64,000 nt of DNA from Bacteroidales bacterium (GTDB lineage Bacteria; Bacteroidota; Bacteroidia; Bacteroidales; JAADGE01). Below are positions 29,999 through 39,611 of the stretch, piece by piece. Both the position numbers and the translations under genes were made by a program. Below the pieces are notes generated by a model. The model searched no databases and was not told the DNA's origin. It saw only the letters and a list, made by a program, of their open reading frames with translations. The stretch spans positions 32,002 through 96,001 of the forward strand of contig JAKISF010000002.1 in the NCBI GenBank assembly GCA_021648725.1, in the 5' to 3' direction. Numbering within the stretch: the stretch's first letter is position 1; every line of letters begins with the position of its first letter.

Positions 29999-31243
29999 AT
30001 GACAAAAACACAACAACTTAAAAACTTCAGTTACTTCGGAGGTTCCCATATCGGAAATGTCCGTGAAGAAAATGAAGACGCATTTACTCATTTTGAAACA
30101 GTTAACGGAAGTTTTTTTGTGTTGTGTGATGGCATGGGAGGAATTAAGGGCGGAAAAAAGGCCGCAGAAATTACAATTAAGCAAATTGAAAAATACTTGT
30201 CGGAAGAATGGGAGGAAAATCCACAAATTCTGATAAAAAACGCAATAGAATTTGCAAACAACAAGGTTTTCGAATATTTTGAAAAAAGAAGTCTCGGACA
30301 AAAGCCCGGAACAACAATTGTTTTAGTTCTTATCCGAAATAATAAGGTTTATTATGCACATGTCGGCGACAGCAGAGTTTATTACCAAACCGGAAAAAAA
30401 ATATTTGCATTAACACAAGACCATTCTTTCGTAATGAACTTAGTAAACCGAAAAATTATTACGGAAAATGAGGCAAGAGAGCATATCAGGCGAAACGAAA
30501 TTACAAAAGCAGTCGGAATTAAGGAATTTGCCGACCCGTCAGTTTGTAAAGATTTTATTAGTCCCGTTGATAATGATTACATTCTTTTATGCTCTGACGG
30601 ACTAACCAACGAACTGACAAACAAAGAAATACTTAACATTTTATTAAATAATAAAGATATTGACAAAAAAGTTAATTTGCTGATTAACAATGCTCTTGAT
30701 AACGGGGGAGACGATAATATAACAGTACAACTGATTCGCTTTTATAATACCGGAAAAGAAACAAATACTGATTTTTTAAAAAAACAGTCAAAGTCGAAAA
30801 AAGTTAAAACGCGTTTTTTTTATTTGTTCGTTTTCCTTTTTTTAGTCTCATCAGTGCTTATTATTCGATATTTTATTAAAGACCCCGTTGTAGTAAAAAA
30901 GGACAACAAGTCAAGTTCTGCATTACTTATATACAAAAAGCAAAGTAACGACACTTTAATAAATGTTTTCATAAAAGCAGGGTCAAAAACGAATGATATT
31001 CATAAAAGATTCAATATACAGCCTGAAGAAATAGGTCGTGCAACCGGATTATCGGAACATAAAAGTTTTATTAAATACTATATCCCCGTAAAAGATGTTT
31101 ATAAAAAAAGAGTCGGGAAATATATTTATTCGTATCCGGATATTAAAAAACGTAATATGATTGACATCTTAATTGCAAATAAAAAGAACGAACTTTTTTT
31201 TATCCCGGGGGAAATAATAATAATACCGAAAAAACAAAAATAA
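29999..31243 (+). CDS. PP2C-family Ser/Thr protein phosphatase with a TM segment and an extracytoplasmic C-terminal domain
   Basis: RE.NEDAF, VLCDGMGG, LLCSDGL and GGDDNITV motifs, then the TM helix FYLFVFLFLVSSVLIIRYFI. Confidence 0.88.
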   Translation: MTKTQQLKNFSYFGGSHIGNVREENEDAFTHFETVNGSFFVLCDGMGGIKGGKKAAEITIKQIEKYLSEEWEENPQILIKNAIEFANNKVFEYFEKRSLGQKPGTTIVLVLIRNNKVYYAHVGDSRVYYQTGKKIFALTQDHSFVMNLVNRKIITENEAREHIRRNEITKAVGIKEFADPSVCKDFISPVDNDYILLCSDGLTNELTNKEILNILLNNKDIDKKVNLLINNALDNGGDDNITVQLIRFYNTGKETNTDFLKKQSKSKKVKTRFFYLFVFLFLVSSVLIIRYFIKDPVVVKKDNKSSSALLIYKKQSNDTLINVFIKAGSKTNDIHKRFNIQPEEIGRATGLSEHKSFIKYYIPVKDVYKKRVGKYIYSYPDIKKRNMIDILIANKKNELFFIPGEIIIIPKKQK

Positions 31244-32974
31244 ATGGTCGGCGAATACATAAATGATTACGAAATAGACGAAATTATTGATGAGGGCGGC
31301 ATGGCAATTGTTTATCTCGGTATTCATAAAGTTTTGAAACGAAGAGTTGCCGTAAAAATGCTAAATCCTATATTAGAAAAAAATCCTCAATATAAAAAAC
31401 GCTTTATAAATGAAGCGAAATTACTTTCCAAGCTTAACCACCCGAATATAATCGGTTTATATGATTTTGTTGAAAACGATCTGGGAACATTTCTAATAAC
31501 CGAATATGTAAAAGGACAAACGCTTGATGCTTATGTTGATTTGGTATCAGGCCCGATGCCGGAAACAAAAGCTGTCAAATTAATTGTTCAAATTTTAGAT
31601 GCTGTCGGACACATGCACTCAAAAAACATGATACACAGGGATATAAAACCGTCGAATATTATGATAACTTCCGACAATACCATAAAATTAATTGACTTCG
31701 GAATAGCAAAACATTTAAGGAAAAACCAAGCATTGGTCACACAAGACGGAGCAAAACTCGGAACAACAATTTTTATGAGCCCGCAGCAAGTAAAAGGAAA
31801 GGTGCTCGACAGAAGGACTGATATTTATTCAATCGGAGCAACACTTTTTTATATCTTAACAGGGCAATATCCGTATGATAAAAACAAAAGTGAATATGAA
31901 ATTTACAATAAAATTGTTACGCAACCCTTCCCAGACCCTCACAGGTTTTATGTCGGAGTTTCCGACAAAATGCGAAACATAATCAGTAAAGCAACACAAA
32001 ATCAACCGTTAAACAGGTTCCAGTCTTGCGACGAATTAAGCATAGCTCTTTTAAATACACAAACAAAAAAAACAAAATCAGCAACAATTTCTTTGCAAAC
32101 AAAAATAATCGATGCTGCAGAAATAGATATAAGAAAACCCGTACTCGGAAATGAATTTAAACAAAATATTATAATGCTTTTTGCTGCAATTGTATTCACG
32201 GCAATGATTATTACGGGCTTATATTTTTTGTCAAAAAAAGATGAGCGACAAATAATTGATAACAATGCATATTTACTTGAAGCAGACAGCTTAGGTGCAA
32301 AAAAAACAGAAAAACTTCATTATGGTGAAACTGTCAGAATAATCAAGAAGCCCGAAGACGGAATAATTAAAAAACCGTGGTATAAAGTAAGAAGTTTAAG
32401 AAATAATGTCGGTTATGTTTATGCGGACTATGTTGAGGTATCTCCTGTTTTCGCACAAATAAATGCAATTTTTGGAAATAGTTTGGCAGGAACAATAATC
32501 CCGGCCAAGTATAAAAAAGCCTTGCGAGAATTTTTTGTTGAAAACAGATATTTTGAAGACAACAAAACAAGCTGGAAATTATATCCCGATGATGTTAAAA
32601 CTTTTGAATTAAATACCGTAGCATTCGGCTTTTTTGATAATAACGATATTGAAGATTTTGCTTGTATCATTGAAAATAAAGAAAAAGAGGAAACCCAAAT
32701 GTTGATATTTTTTGATAATAAAGAAAATATTTCCGTTATTATTAACGAAAAAGTTAAAATAAAAACAATAGAAGCCGGAAGGCACGGCGGAAGATGGTTG
32801 CTCGGGAACTCAACCGTAAGAACAAAAGAAAACGGAGATAAATACGAAGCCGGAAAATATGAATATTTGAAAACAGACGGAATATTGCTTTTTAAACAAG
32901 AAAACAATGAAAACATTGTATATGTTTATAATCCGGAAGAAAAAATGATACGGTTTTACTCACAAACAAAGTGA
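31244..32974 (+). CDS. Hanks-type Ser/Thr protein kinase with a TM segment and a C-terminal SH3b-like domain
   Basis: VAVKML, HRDIKPSNIM and DFGIAK motifs, then the TM helix IIMLFAAIVFTAMIITGLYFL. An SH3-like stretch follows (HYGETVRIIKK...WYKVRSLRNNVGYVYADYVEV). The ATG directly abuts the phosphatase stop codon. Confidence 0.9.
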   Translation: MVGEYINDYEIDEIIDEGGMAIVYLGIHKVLKRRVAVKMLNPILEKNPQYKKRFINEAKLLSKLNHPNIIGLYDFVENDLGTFLITEYVKGQTLDAYVDLVSGPMPETKAVKLIVQILDAVGHMHSKNMIHRDIKPSNIMITSDNTIKLIDFGIAKHLRKNQALVTQDGAKLGTTIFMSPQQVKGKVLDRRTDIYSIGATLFYILTGQYPYDKNKSEYEIYNKIVTQPFPDPHRFYVGVSDKMRNIISKATQNQPLNRFQSCDELSIALLNTQTKKTKSATISLQTKIIDAAEIDIRKPVLGNEFKQNIIMLFAAIVFTAMIITGLYFLSKKDERQIIDNNAYLLEADSLGAKKTEKLHYGETVRIIKKPEDGIIKKPWYKVRSLRNNVGYVYADYVEVSPVFAQINAIFGNSLAGTIIPAKYKKALREFFVENRYFEDNKTSWKLYPDDVKTFELNTVAFGFFDNNDIEDFACIIENKEKEETQMLIFFDNKENISVIINEKVKIKTIEAGRHGGRWLLGNSTVRTKENGDKYEAGKYEYLKTDGILLFKQENNENIVYVYNPEEKMIRFYSQTK

Positions 32975-33022
32975 TTTCTTTCACATAATACTAAATATCA
33001 TTCAGAGCAAATATTAAAAAAT

Positions 33023-34915
33023 ATGCAAAACTTCATAAACAAAATTGAACAAGCCGAAGAACTAATCAGAATAAAATCTCGGGTTAATCCTGAGCTCGAA
33101 ATTGCCGAAATTGCTGACCGAATGTCAAAATCAAAAGGCGGAGGCAAAGCTCTGCTGTTTGAAAATACAGGAACTGATTTCCCTGTTCTGATCAATGCTC
33201 TCGGTTCAGTTAAAAGAATGCAAATTGCTCTTAATGTAAATAACTTTAACGAAATTGGCAAAGAGTTAGAAACAATGTTCAAAAGTATGACTTCTCCCAA
33301 GAAAGGGATTTTCGATAAGCTGAAAATGTTGCCCGAACTTGCTGCCTTGTCTTCTTTTATGCCGAAAACCGTTTCCGGAAAAGGACGTTCACAAGAAGTA
33401 ATTCACAAAAACCCGGACTTATCAACATTTCCTATTTTAAAAACATGGAGCAGAGACGGAGGTAAATTTATTACACTTCCCCAAGTTATTACAAAAGACC
33501 CGATTACAAACATCCGGAATGTCGGAATGTATCGAATGCAAGTTTTTGAAAAAGATTTGACCGGGATGCACTGGCACAAACACAAAGTTGGGGCGAGACA
33601 TTTTTCGGAATATAAAAAACTCGGTAAAAAAATGCCGGTTGCTGTTGCTCTCGGAGGACATCCGACATTAACTTACGCTGCAACAGCTCCGCTACCTGAT
33701 AATATTGACGAATATATGCTTGCCGGTTTTTTGCGAAAGCAAAAAGTAAAAATGGTAAAAGCAATTACTCAAGAAATTGAAGTTCCCGCAGAAGCAGATA
33801 TAATTATCGAAGGGTATGTTGACCCGCAAGAAGATTTTATTTGGGAGGGTCCTTTCGGAGATCATACCGGTTTTTTCTCTTTGCCCGATTGGTATCCTAA
33901 ATTTCACGTAACCTGTATAACACATAAAAAAAATGCAATATATCCTGCCACGGTTGTCGGGATTCCGCCTATGGAAGATGCATATATAGCACGTGCAACC
34001 GAAAGAATATTTCTTGCTCCCATAAAACTGGCAATGCTGCCCGAACTAAAAGACATGAATATACCCGATGCAGGGGTTGCTCACAATTTAACTCTTGTAA
34101 GTATTGAAAAAACATTTTCCGGGCAAGCTCAAAAAGTTATGAATTCGCTTTGGGGTGCCGGACAAATGATGTTTAATAAAATGCTTACTGTTTTCGACAA
34201 AAATGTTAATATCTCTGACTATAAAGACCTTGCAAAAGCTTTTTCGGAAAACGTAAACCCTGAAAACGACATTGTTTTTATGAAGGGGCCTTTGGATGTT
34301 CTTGACCATTCGTCAAGCAAATTTGCATACGGGAGTAAACTCGGAGTTGATGCAACAAAAAAATTTGATGAGGAAAAAAGCGATAACAAATCGGTTAAGA
34401 TAAATACCAAAACGGTAGAAATAGACCTTATCAATATTAAAAAAAAATATCCGGAAATTAAAGAAATAAATGACGACCTTTTAAAAGACGATATTTCATT
34501 TCTTTTTATATCGGTTGAAAAAAGTAAAAAAGAACACGTAAAAGAGCTTTCAAAAAAACTGATAAATGAAGTCGGCATTACTAAAGTTAAATTTTTAATC
34601 TTTGTAGATTATCCGGTTAACGTATTTGATATTGAACAAACAACCTGGATTTTTGCAAATAATATTGAGCCTTTACGAGATTGTTATATTTTTAATTCGC
34701 AAGATCGCTTTTCTCATTTAATAATTGACGGAACACGAAAAAGAGCCGATATTGATAATTTCAAAAGAGATTGGCCTGATATTGTAACTTCCGATGAGAC
34801 TACAATTAAATTAGTTGACAAGAAATGGAATGAATACGAAATCGGAGAATTTATTTCATCGCCTTCCGAAAAATATAAACATTTAATAATGAGCAAAACA
34901 GCAGTTGTAGAATAA
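33023..34915 (+). CDS. UbiD-family (prenyl-FMN dependent) decarboxylase, menaquinone/ubiquinone-type
   Basis: YR.QV......MHWH.HK....H, GGHP, and EGPFGDHTG.. motifs. The long 630-aa form is common in Bacteroidota. Confidence 0.85.
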   Translation: MQNFINKIEQAEELIRIKSRVNPELEIAEIADRMSKSKGGGKALLFENTGTDFPVLINALGSVKRMQIALNVNNFNEIGKELETMFKSMTSPKKGIFDKLKMLPELAALSSFMPKTVSGKGRSQEVIHKNPDLSTFPILKTWSRDGGKFITLPQVITKDPITNIRNVGMYRMQVFEKDLTGMHWHKHKVGARHFSEYKKLGKKMPVAVALGGHPTLTYAATAPLPDNIDEYMLAGFLRKQKVKMVKAITQEIEVPAEADIIIEGYVDPQEDFIWEGPFGDHTGFFSLPDWYPKFHVTCITHKKNAIYPATVVGIPPMEDAYIARATERIFLAPIKLAMLPELKDMNIPDAGVAHNLTLVSIEKTFSGQAQKVMNSLWGAGQMMFNKMLTVFDKNVNISDYKDLAKAFSENVNPENDIVFMKGPLDVLDHSSSKFAYGSKLGVDATKKFDEEKSDNKSVKINTKTVEIDLINIKKKYPEIKEINDDLLKDDISFLFISVEKSKKEHVKELSKKLINEVGITKVKFLIFVDYPVNVFDIEQTTWIFANNIEPLRDCYIFNSQDRFSHLIIDGTRKRADIDNFKRDWPDIVTSDETTIKLVDKKWNEYEIGEFISSPSEKYKHLIMSKTAVVE

Positions 34916-35389
34916 ATGTCGCAAGAATATATATCATACAAAAAAGCATTAAACAAAGCGATGTATTTCTGCAGCAAAGCCGAAAAATGCAAATCAGATA
35001 TTAGTAAGAAGTTATATGACTGGAAGGCCAAACCTGATGAACATGAAAAAATAATTTCCGAGCTTGAAAAACAAAAATTTATAGACGAAAAAAGGTATGC
35101 AAACTTTTATGTTAAAGATAAAATTAAGTTTAATAACTGGGGGAAAATAAAAATAAAAACAATGTTGTTTCAAAAACAAATACCCGAAAAAATAATTGCT
35201 GAGGCAATAAGCGAAATTAAACAAGAAGAATATCTTGAAATGTTAAAAAATGTTATAAAAGAAAAAAGAGAAAAATTAAAAGAAAAAGACCCGTATAAAG
35301 AGAAAACAAAGCTTTTGCGGTTTGCTTCAAGCAGAGGTTTTGAGCCGAATATTATTATAAAATTGCTTGAAAATGAAAAAAAGCACTAA
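34916..35389 (+). CDS. recX: RecX-like regulatory protein
   Basis: 157 aa. ALNKAMYFCSKAEKCKSDISKKL and repeated helical DE.RYA..Y... units fit RecX. The ATG abuts the preceding stop codon. Confidence 0.7.
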   Translation: MSQEYISYKKALNKAMYFCSKAEKCKSDISKKLYDWKAKPDEHEKIISELEKQKFIDEKRYANFYVKDKIKFNNWGKIKIKTMLFQKQIPEKIIAEAISEIKQEEYLEMLKNVIKEKREKLKEKDPYKEKTKLLRFASSRGFEPNIIIKLLENEKKH

Positions 35390-35412
35390 ATTAGCTTTGT
35401 AAAACAAAAAAA

Positions 35413-36375
35413 ATGTTCGAAAAGTTCAACTTACTGCTTCAACCTTTAGATGAAATTAAATTAAATTTTAACGAAGCCGGGCTTATGGTCATGAATATTA
35501 CCATAGCATTTATTATGTTCGGTGTTGCTCTCGGAATAAAACGAGAACACTTTGTTCAAATAACAAAAAACCCAAAATCGGTTATGATAGGGTTAATTGC
35601 ACAGTTTTTATTGCTCCCGGCAATAACTTATTTGTTAGTTATATTACTAAAGTTTCCTGTTTCTATTTCTTTGGGAATGTTGCTTGTTGCATCCTGTCCC
35701 GGCGGAAACATTTCAAACTTTATGACATCATTGGCAAAAGGAAACACCGCACTGTCAGTAACATTAACCGCATTTTCTGATTTGCTTTCAATTATAATGA
35801 CTCCTTTAAACTTCGTTTTTTGGAGCGAACTATACATAAGCTCCGTTCCTTTAGCAAACCCTCTTGAAATTCCCTGGCAACATGTTTTTCAAACAATAAT
35901 AATATTAATGGGAGTTCCGTTGACAGCAGGACTATGGTTTGCACGAAGATTTCCGAAATTAACAGAAAAAATATTTAAACCCATAAAATGGATTTCAATA
36001 ATTGCATTTCTCGGCTTTATTGCCGGTGCCGTTGTTGCAAACTTCGGACATTTTATGGGCTATTTCTTACTGCTTTTACCTATCGTTTTCTTTCATAATG
36101 TCATTGCCTTCGGAATGGGAAATGCAATTGCACGGGCATCTTTTTTGCCTGTCTTAGACAGAAAAACAATTACGATAGAAACCGGAATTCAAAACTCCGG
36201 CATCGCTTTAGTCCTAATTTTTAATAAAAACATTTTTCCGGACGGTTACGGTGGCATTGCTTTTATTGCTGCAACGTGGGGCATTTGGCACATTGTTTCC
36301 GGTTTAATCTTAAGTTCTTGGTGGTCAAGAAGAACAAACGGTCTTAATCAAAAAAAAGAGGCAAAACTTCAATAG
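35413..36375 (+). CDS. bile acid:sodium symporter (BASS) family transporter
   Basis: Polytopic; SCPGGNISN signature and ETGIQNSG.A motif. Confidence 0.85.
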   Translation: MFEKFNLLLQPLDEIKLNFNEAGLMVMNITIAFIMFGVALGIKREHFVQITKNPKSVMIGLIAQFLLLPAITYLLVILLKFPVSISLGMLLVASCPGGNISNFMTSLAKGNTALSVTLTAFSDLLSIIMTPLNFVFWSELYISSVPLANPLEIPWQHVFQTIIILMGVPLTAGLWFARRFPKLTEKIFKPIKWISIIAFLGFIAGAVVANFGHFMGYFLLLLPIVFFHNVIAFGMGNAIARASFLPVLDRKTITIETGIQNSGIALVLIFNKNIFPDGYGGIAFIAATWGIWHIVSGLILSSWWSRRTNGLNQKKEAKLQ

Positions 36376-36510
36376 TCTTGGTTTCGGCTTATTATTTTTA
36401 TTTTTAATGAATATCAAGCTCTCTTTGTTTCATTTTTTCTTTTTATACAAATTATAATATTTATTTCTTTAAATTTTTATTATTTTGCATTTTAAAGGGT
36501 TTTAAAATAA

Positions 36511-38337
36511 ATGAGCGATATTATACAATTATTACCGGATTCGGTTGCAAACCAAATTGCTGCGGGTGAAGTTATCCAGCGTCCCGCTTCGGTTATAAAA
36601 GAACTGATTGAGAATGCAACAGATGCCGGAACAAATAATATAATTGTAAATATAACAGATGCCGGAAGAACATTAATACAAGTAATCGATAACGGTAAAG
36701 GAATGTCGGAAACAGATGCTCGAATGGCTTTTGAACGACACGCAACTTCTAAAATAAGAGAAGCAAAAGATTTGTTTGCCATAAATTCTATGGGATTCCG
36801 AGGAGAAGCTCTTGCATCAATTGCTGCTGTTGCAGATGTTGAGCTAAAGACAAAACAAGAAGGAAGTGATCTCGGAACATTTATTCATATCAAAGGTTCT
36901 GAAATAATTAAGCAGGAAACAGTTTCCGTTTCTATAGGAAGCAACTTTTCCGTTCGTAATTTGTTTTTTAATATTCCGGCAAGACGAAAGTTTTTGAAAG
37001 CTGATAACACAGAATTTCGACATATTGTTTCTGAATTTAAAAAGGTTGCTCTGGCTCGTCCGGATATTTCGTTAAGCCTTATTCATAATGATAATATTAT
37101 TTACAAACTGAGCAGCGGAAAATTAATACACCGTATTTCTGAATTATTCGGAAAAACTATCAGTAAGAATTTGATTCCTGTTGAAAGTAATACAAGTATT
37201 CTGAAAATATCAGGGTATATCGGTAAACCGGAAATTGCAAAAAAAAGAAATGAAGAACAGTATTTTTTTGTAAATATGCGTTTTATGAAGCACCCTTATT
37301 TTTACAAGGCAATTTCCCTCGCATATGAGCAAATAATAAAGCCGGATATACATCCTTCGTTTTTTTTATATTTTGAAATTGACCCGGCAAAAATTGATAT
37401 TAACATTCACCCGGCAAAAATTCAAATTAATTTTGATGATTCAACGGGAATATTTCAGTTACTTCGAGCATCAATAAAAAAAGCTTTGGGCAGTTTCAAT
37501 ATTGTTCCTTCAATTGATTTTGACAGAGACGGCTATATTGAAATGCCGTACTCCGGGAATGAAAAAGATGATTTAAAAATTCCGGCTATAACAAATTCAG
37601 GAAATTATAATCCTTTTAACGAAAAGGGTCGTGAGGCAAAAATGTCTTTTACGGGCTCATCTTTTAAAAAAGAACCGGTTCCTGAAAATTGGGATTTGTT
37701 ATATAACAGTTTTGAATCAAGCCTCAACAATGAAACAAAGACTCCTGAACAAAATACAATTTCTGCCGAAGCCCAAGCATTTTCAAAATTATTTCAGGTT
37801 AAAAATAAATATATTGCAACTCCGGTAAAATCCGGAATTATGTTGATTCACATAACAAGAGCACACGAACGTATTCTTTTTGAATCTTTATTAAGTTCAA
37901 TGCAATCCGGGAATGTTTCAATACAAAAAATTCTGTATCCTGTAAAAATTCAATTGACATCTGAAGATTTTGAGTTTTTGAAAAGTGCTGAAAAAAGTCT
38001 TAAAAGCATCGGTTTTGACATTTCTTTTAACAAAAACGAAGAAGTTGTTATTTCCGGAGTTCCGTCACATATAAAAAATGCAAACCCAAAAGAGCTCTTA
38101 GAAGTTGTTCTGGTCCAAATTAAAGATGATACTAATTTTTTATCTGAATCCATTCAGGAGAACCTTTCTGAATTATTGGCAAAAAAAGCATCTCTAAGTT
38201 TTGCTAAACCGCTTGCATCAGAAGAAATGTTGCATATTATAAATAACTTATTTTCATGCAGAATGCCCAACTTTACTAACAACGGCAGAAAAATCATTGA
38301 AATCATTAAGTTTGATGAAATTGAGAAACTGTTTTAA
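36511..38337 (+). CDS. mutL: DNA mismatch repair protein MutL
   Basis: IAAGEVIQRPASVIKELIENATDAG, DNGKGM, and FGFRGEALASI-type (MGFRGEALASI) GHKL ATPase motifs. Confidence 0.95.
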   Translation: MSDIIQLLPDSVANQIAAGEVIQRPASVIKELIENATDAGTNNIIVNITDAGRTLIQVIDNGKGMSETDARMAFERHATSKIREAKDLFAINSMGFRGEALASIAAVADVELKTKQEGSDLGTFIHIKGSEIIKQETVSVSIGSNFSVRNLFFNIPARRKFLKADNTEFRHIVSEFKKVALARPDISLSLIHNDNIIYKLSSGKLIHRISELFGKTISKNLIPVESNTSILKISGYIGKPEIAKKRNEEQYFFVNMRFMKHPYFYKAISLAYEQIIKPDIHPSFFLYFEIDPAKIDINIHPAKIQINFDDSTGIFQLLRASIKKALGSFNIVPSIDFDRDGYIEMPYSGNEKDDLKIPAITNSGNYNPFNEKGREAKMSFTGSSFKKEPVPENWDLLYNSFESSLNNETKTPEQNTISAEAQAFSKLFQVKNKYIATPVKSGIMLIHITRAHERILFESLLSSMQSGNVSIQKILYPVKIQLTSEDFEFLKSAEKSLKSIGFDISFNKNEEVVISGVPSHIKNANPKELLEVVLVQIKDDTNFLSESIQENLSELLAKKASLSFAKPLASEEMLHIINNLFSCRMPNFTNNGRKIIEIIKFDEIEKLF

Positions 38338-38347
38338 GTTCGACTGA

Positions 38348-39457
38348 TTACCTGAACATTTGAACCCAATATGTTCCGGAATGACCTATTCCCATATATT
38401 TATGATTGCCCATAATGTTTTTGCAATGTCCCGGGCTTTGCAACCATCCTCCTAACACTTCAGAAACATTTGCATAACCTGCAGCAATATTTTCTCCGTC
38501 GGAATAACAACCTTCGTCACGAGCACGTTCCCACGGAGATTTTCCGTCGGGTCCGTAATGAGAATAATGATCTTCTTTTTTCATTGTATCGGCATATTTT
38601 TGTGCTGTTTTTACCAAACAATTACATAATACCAACGGCAGTTGTTTTTTTATTGATTTTTCTCCGCAGATGTAACCGGTTGCTCTTTTTTTGTTTACCA
38701 TAACCAATAAGTCAATTTGCCAATATTTTTCTTGAAATTTTCTCGACAGCTCCTTTGCTTTGGTGCTTGACTTATAGTTCCTTTTCAAAAAAACCAACAG
38801 TGTGCTTGCAGTTTCAATATCACACTTCTCTTGCAAAAAAAGGGTTTCCAAAGCATTTTCAAGTTCACCCCTTCCGCCTTTTTTCAAATAAATAAAGCTC
38901 TCACTTACAACATCATATATTGTTTCGTGTAAATCCGCTTCGTCTATATTTGGGGTGTTTTTTAAAATATCCCGGCTCTTAAAATTGTATGCTTTGGCAA
39001 GCTTAAATAAGTACACCTTTTCAGCAGGATAAATTTGCATAAGTTTTTTATATATTTTCTTTGCTCTCTTTGAATTCCCTTTTATAAAGAACGAATCTGC
39101 AGCAACCAGGACATTGTCTTTAATACGTTTTATTTTTCTTTTGTTTGTTCTGTAAAATGAGTCTTTCGGCTTTTTCTTGTTGTAAGATTCAAGTTTACTT
39201 ATTCCTTTCAGGGATTCGTATATCGAATATTCATATAATTTGATAATTTTCTCATCTCTGAAAGCGTCTGTTAATACTAAGCTTTTGTAAAGAATCGAAC
39301 CCTGTTTGTCTTTATTTTCTTTAATGTTTTTATCACAAAGGATTAGGCATTTTTCATATTTCTTTGCATCATATAGTTTTTGAACTTTTGTTTGAGAAAA
39401 GGCTGTTACAAAATAAAACATTAATAATAGAAGTGTGATTCCGGCTTTTGTTTTCAT
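38348..39457 (-). CDS. secreted CAP/SCP (PR-1-like) domain protein with an N-terminal TPR-like helical region
   Basis: The C-terminal HYSHYGPDG...GENIAAGY...V..GW..SPGHC.NIM......GIG is the CAP-domain signature. The start is set at the internal ATG 39457, which gives a signal peptide (MKTKAGITLLLLMFYFVTAFSQ); the track ORF starts at 39544. Confidence 0.8.
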   Translation of the reverse strand: MKTKAGITLLLLMFYFVTAFSQTKVQKLYDAKKYEKCLILCDKNIKENKDKQGSILYKSLVLTDAFRDEKIIKLYEYSIYESLKGISKLESYNKKKPKDSFYRTNKRKIKRIKDNVLVAADSFFIKGNSKRAKKIYKKLMQIYPAEKVYLFKLAKAYNFKSRDILKNTPNIDEADLHETIYDVVSESFIYLKKGGRGELENALETLFLQEKCDIETASTLLVFLKRNYKSSTKAKELSRKFQEKYWQIDLLVMVNKKRATGYICGEKSIKKQLPLVLCNCLVKTAQKYADTMKKEDHYSHYGPDGKSPWERARDEGCYSDGENIAAGYANVSEVLGGWLQSPGHCKNIMGNHKYMGIGHSGTYWVQMFR

Positions 39458-39611
39458 TGAGAAATATTTTTGATTCGAAATACAAGTTAATTGTTTTTTA
39501 TAAATAAAACAACCCGATATGAATTGTAACGATTTCCCTTTCATTTAAATTATATTTTTTGTGTTGTAAATCCTATTTGAAGGTTTAAATTATTAATTAA
39601 TTTGTTTTATT

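Noticed and set aside
32428-32916. A 162-aa minus-strand ORF inside the kinase gene.
   Set aside because: It lies entirely within the 3' half of the kinase ORF, which has continuous sensible sequence including the SH3b-like stretch. The antisense product is low-complexity Ser/Phe/Leu.
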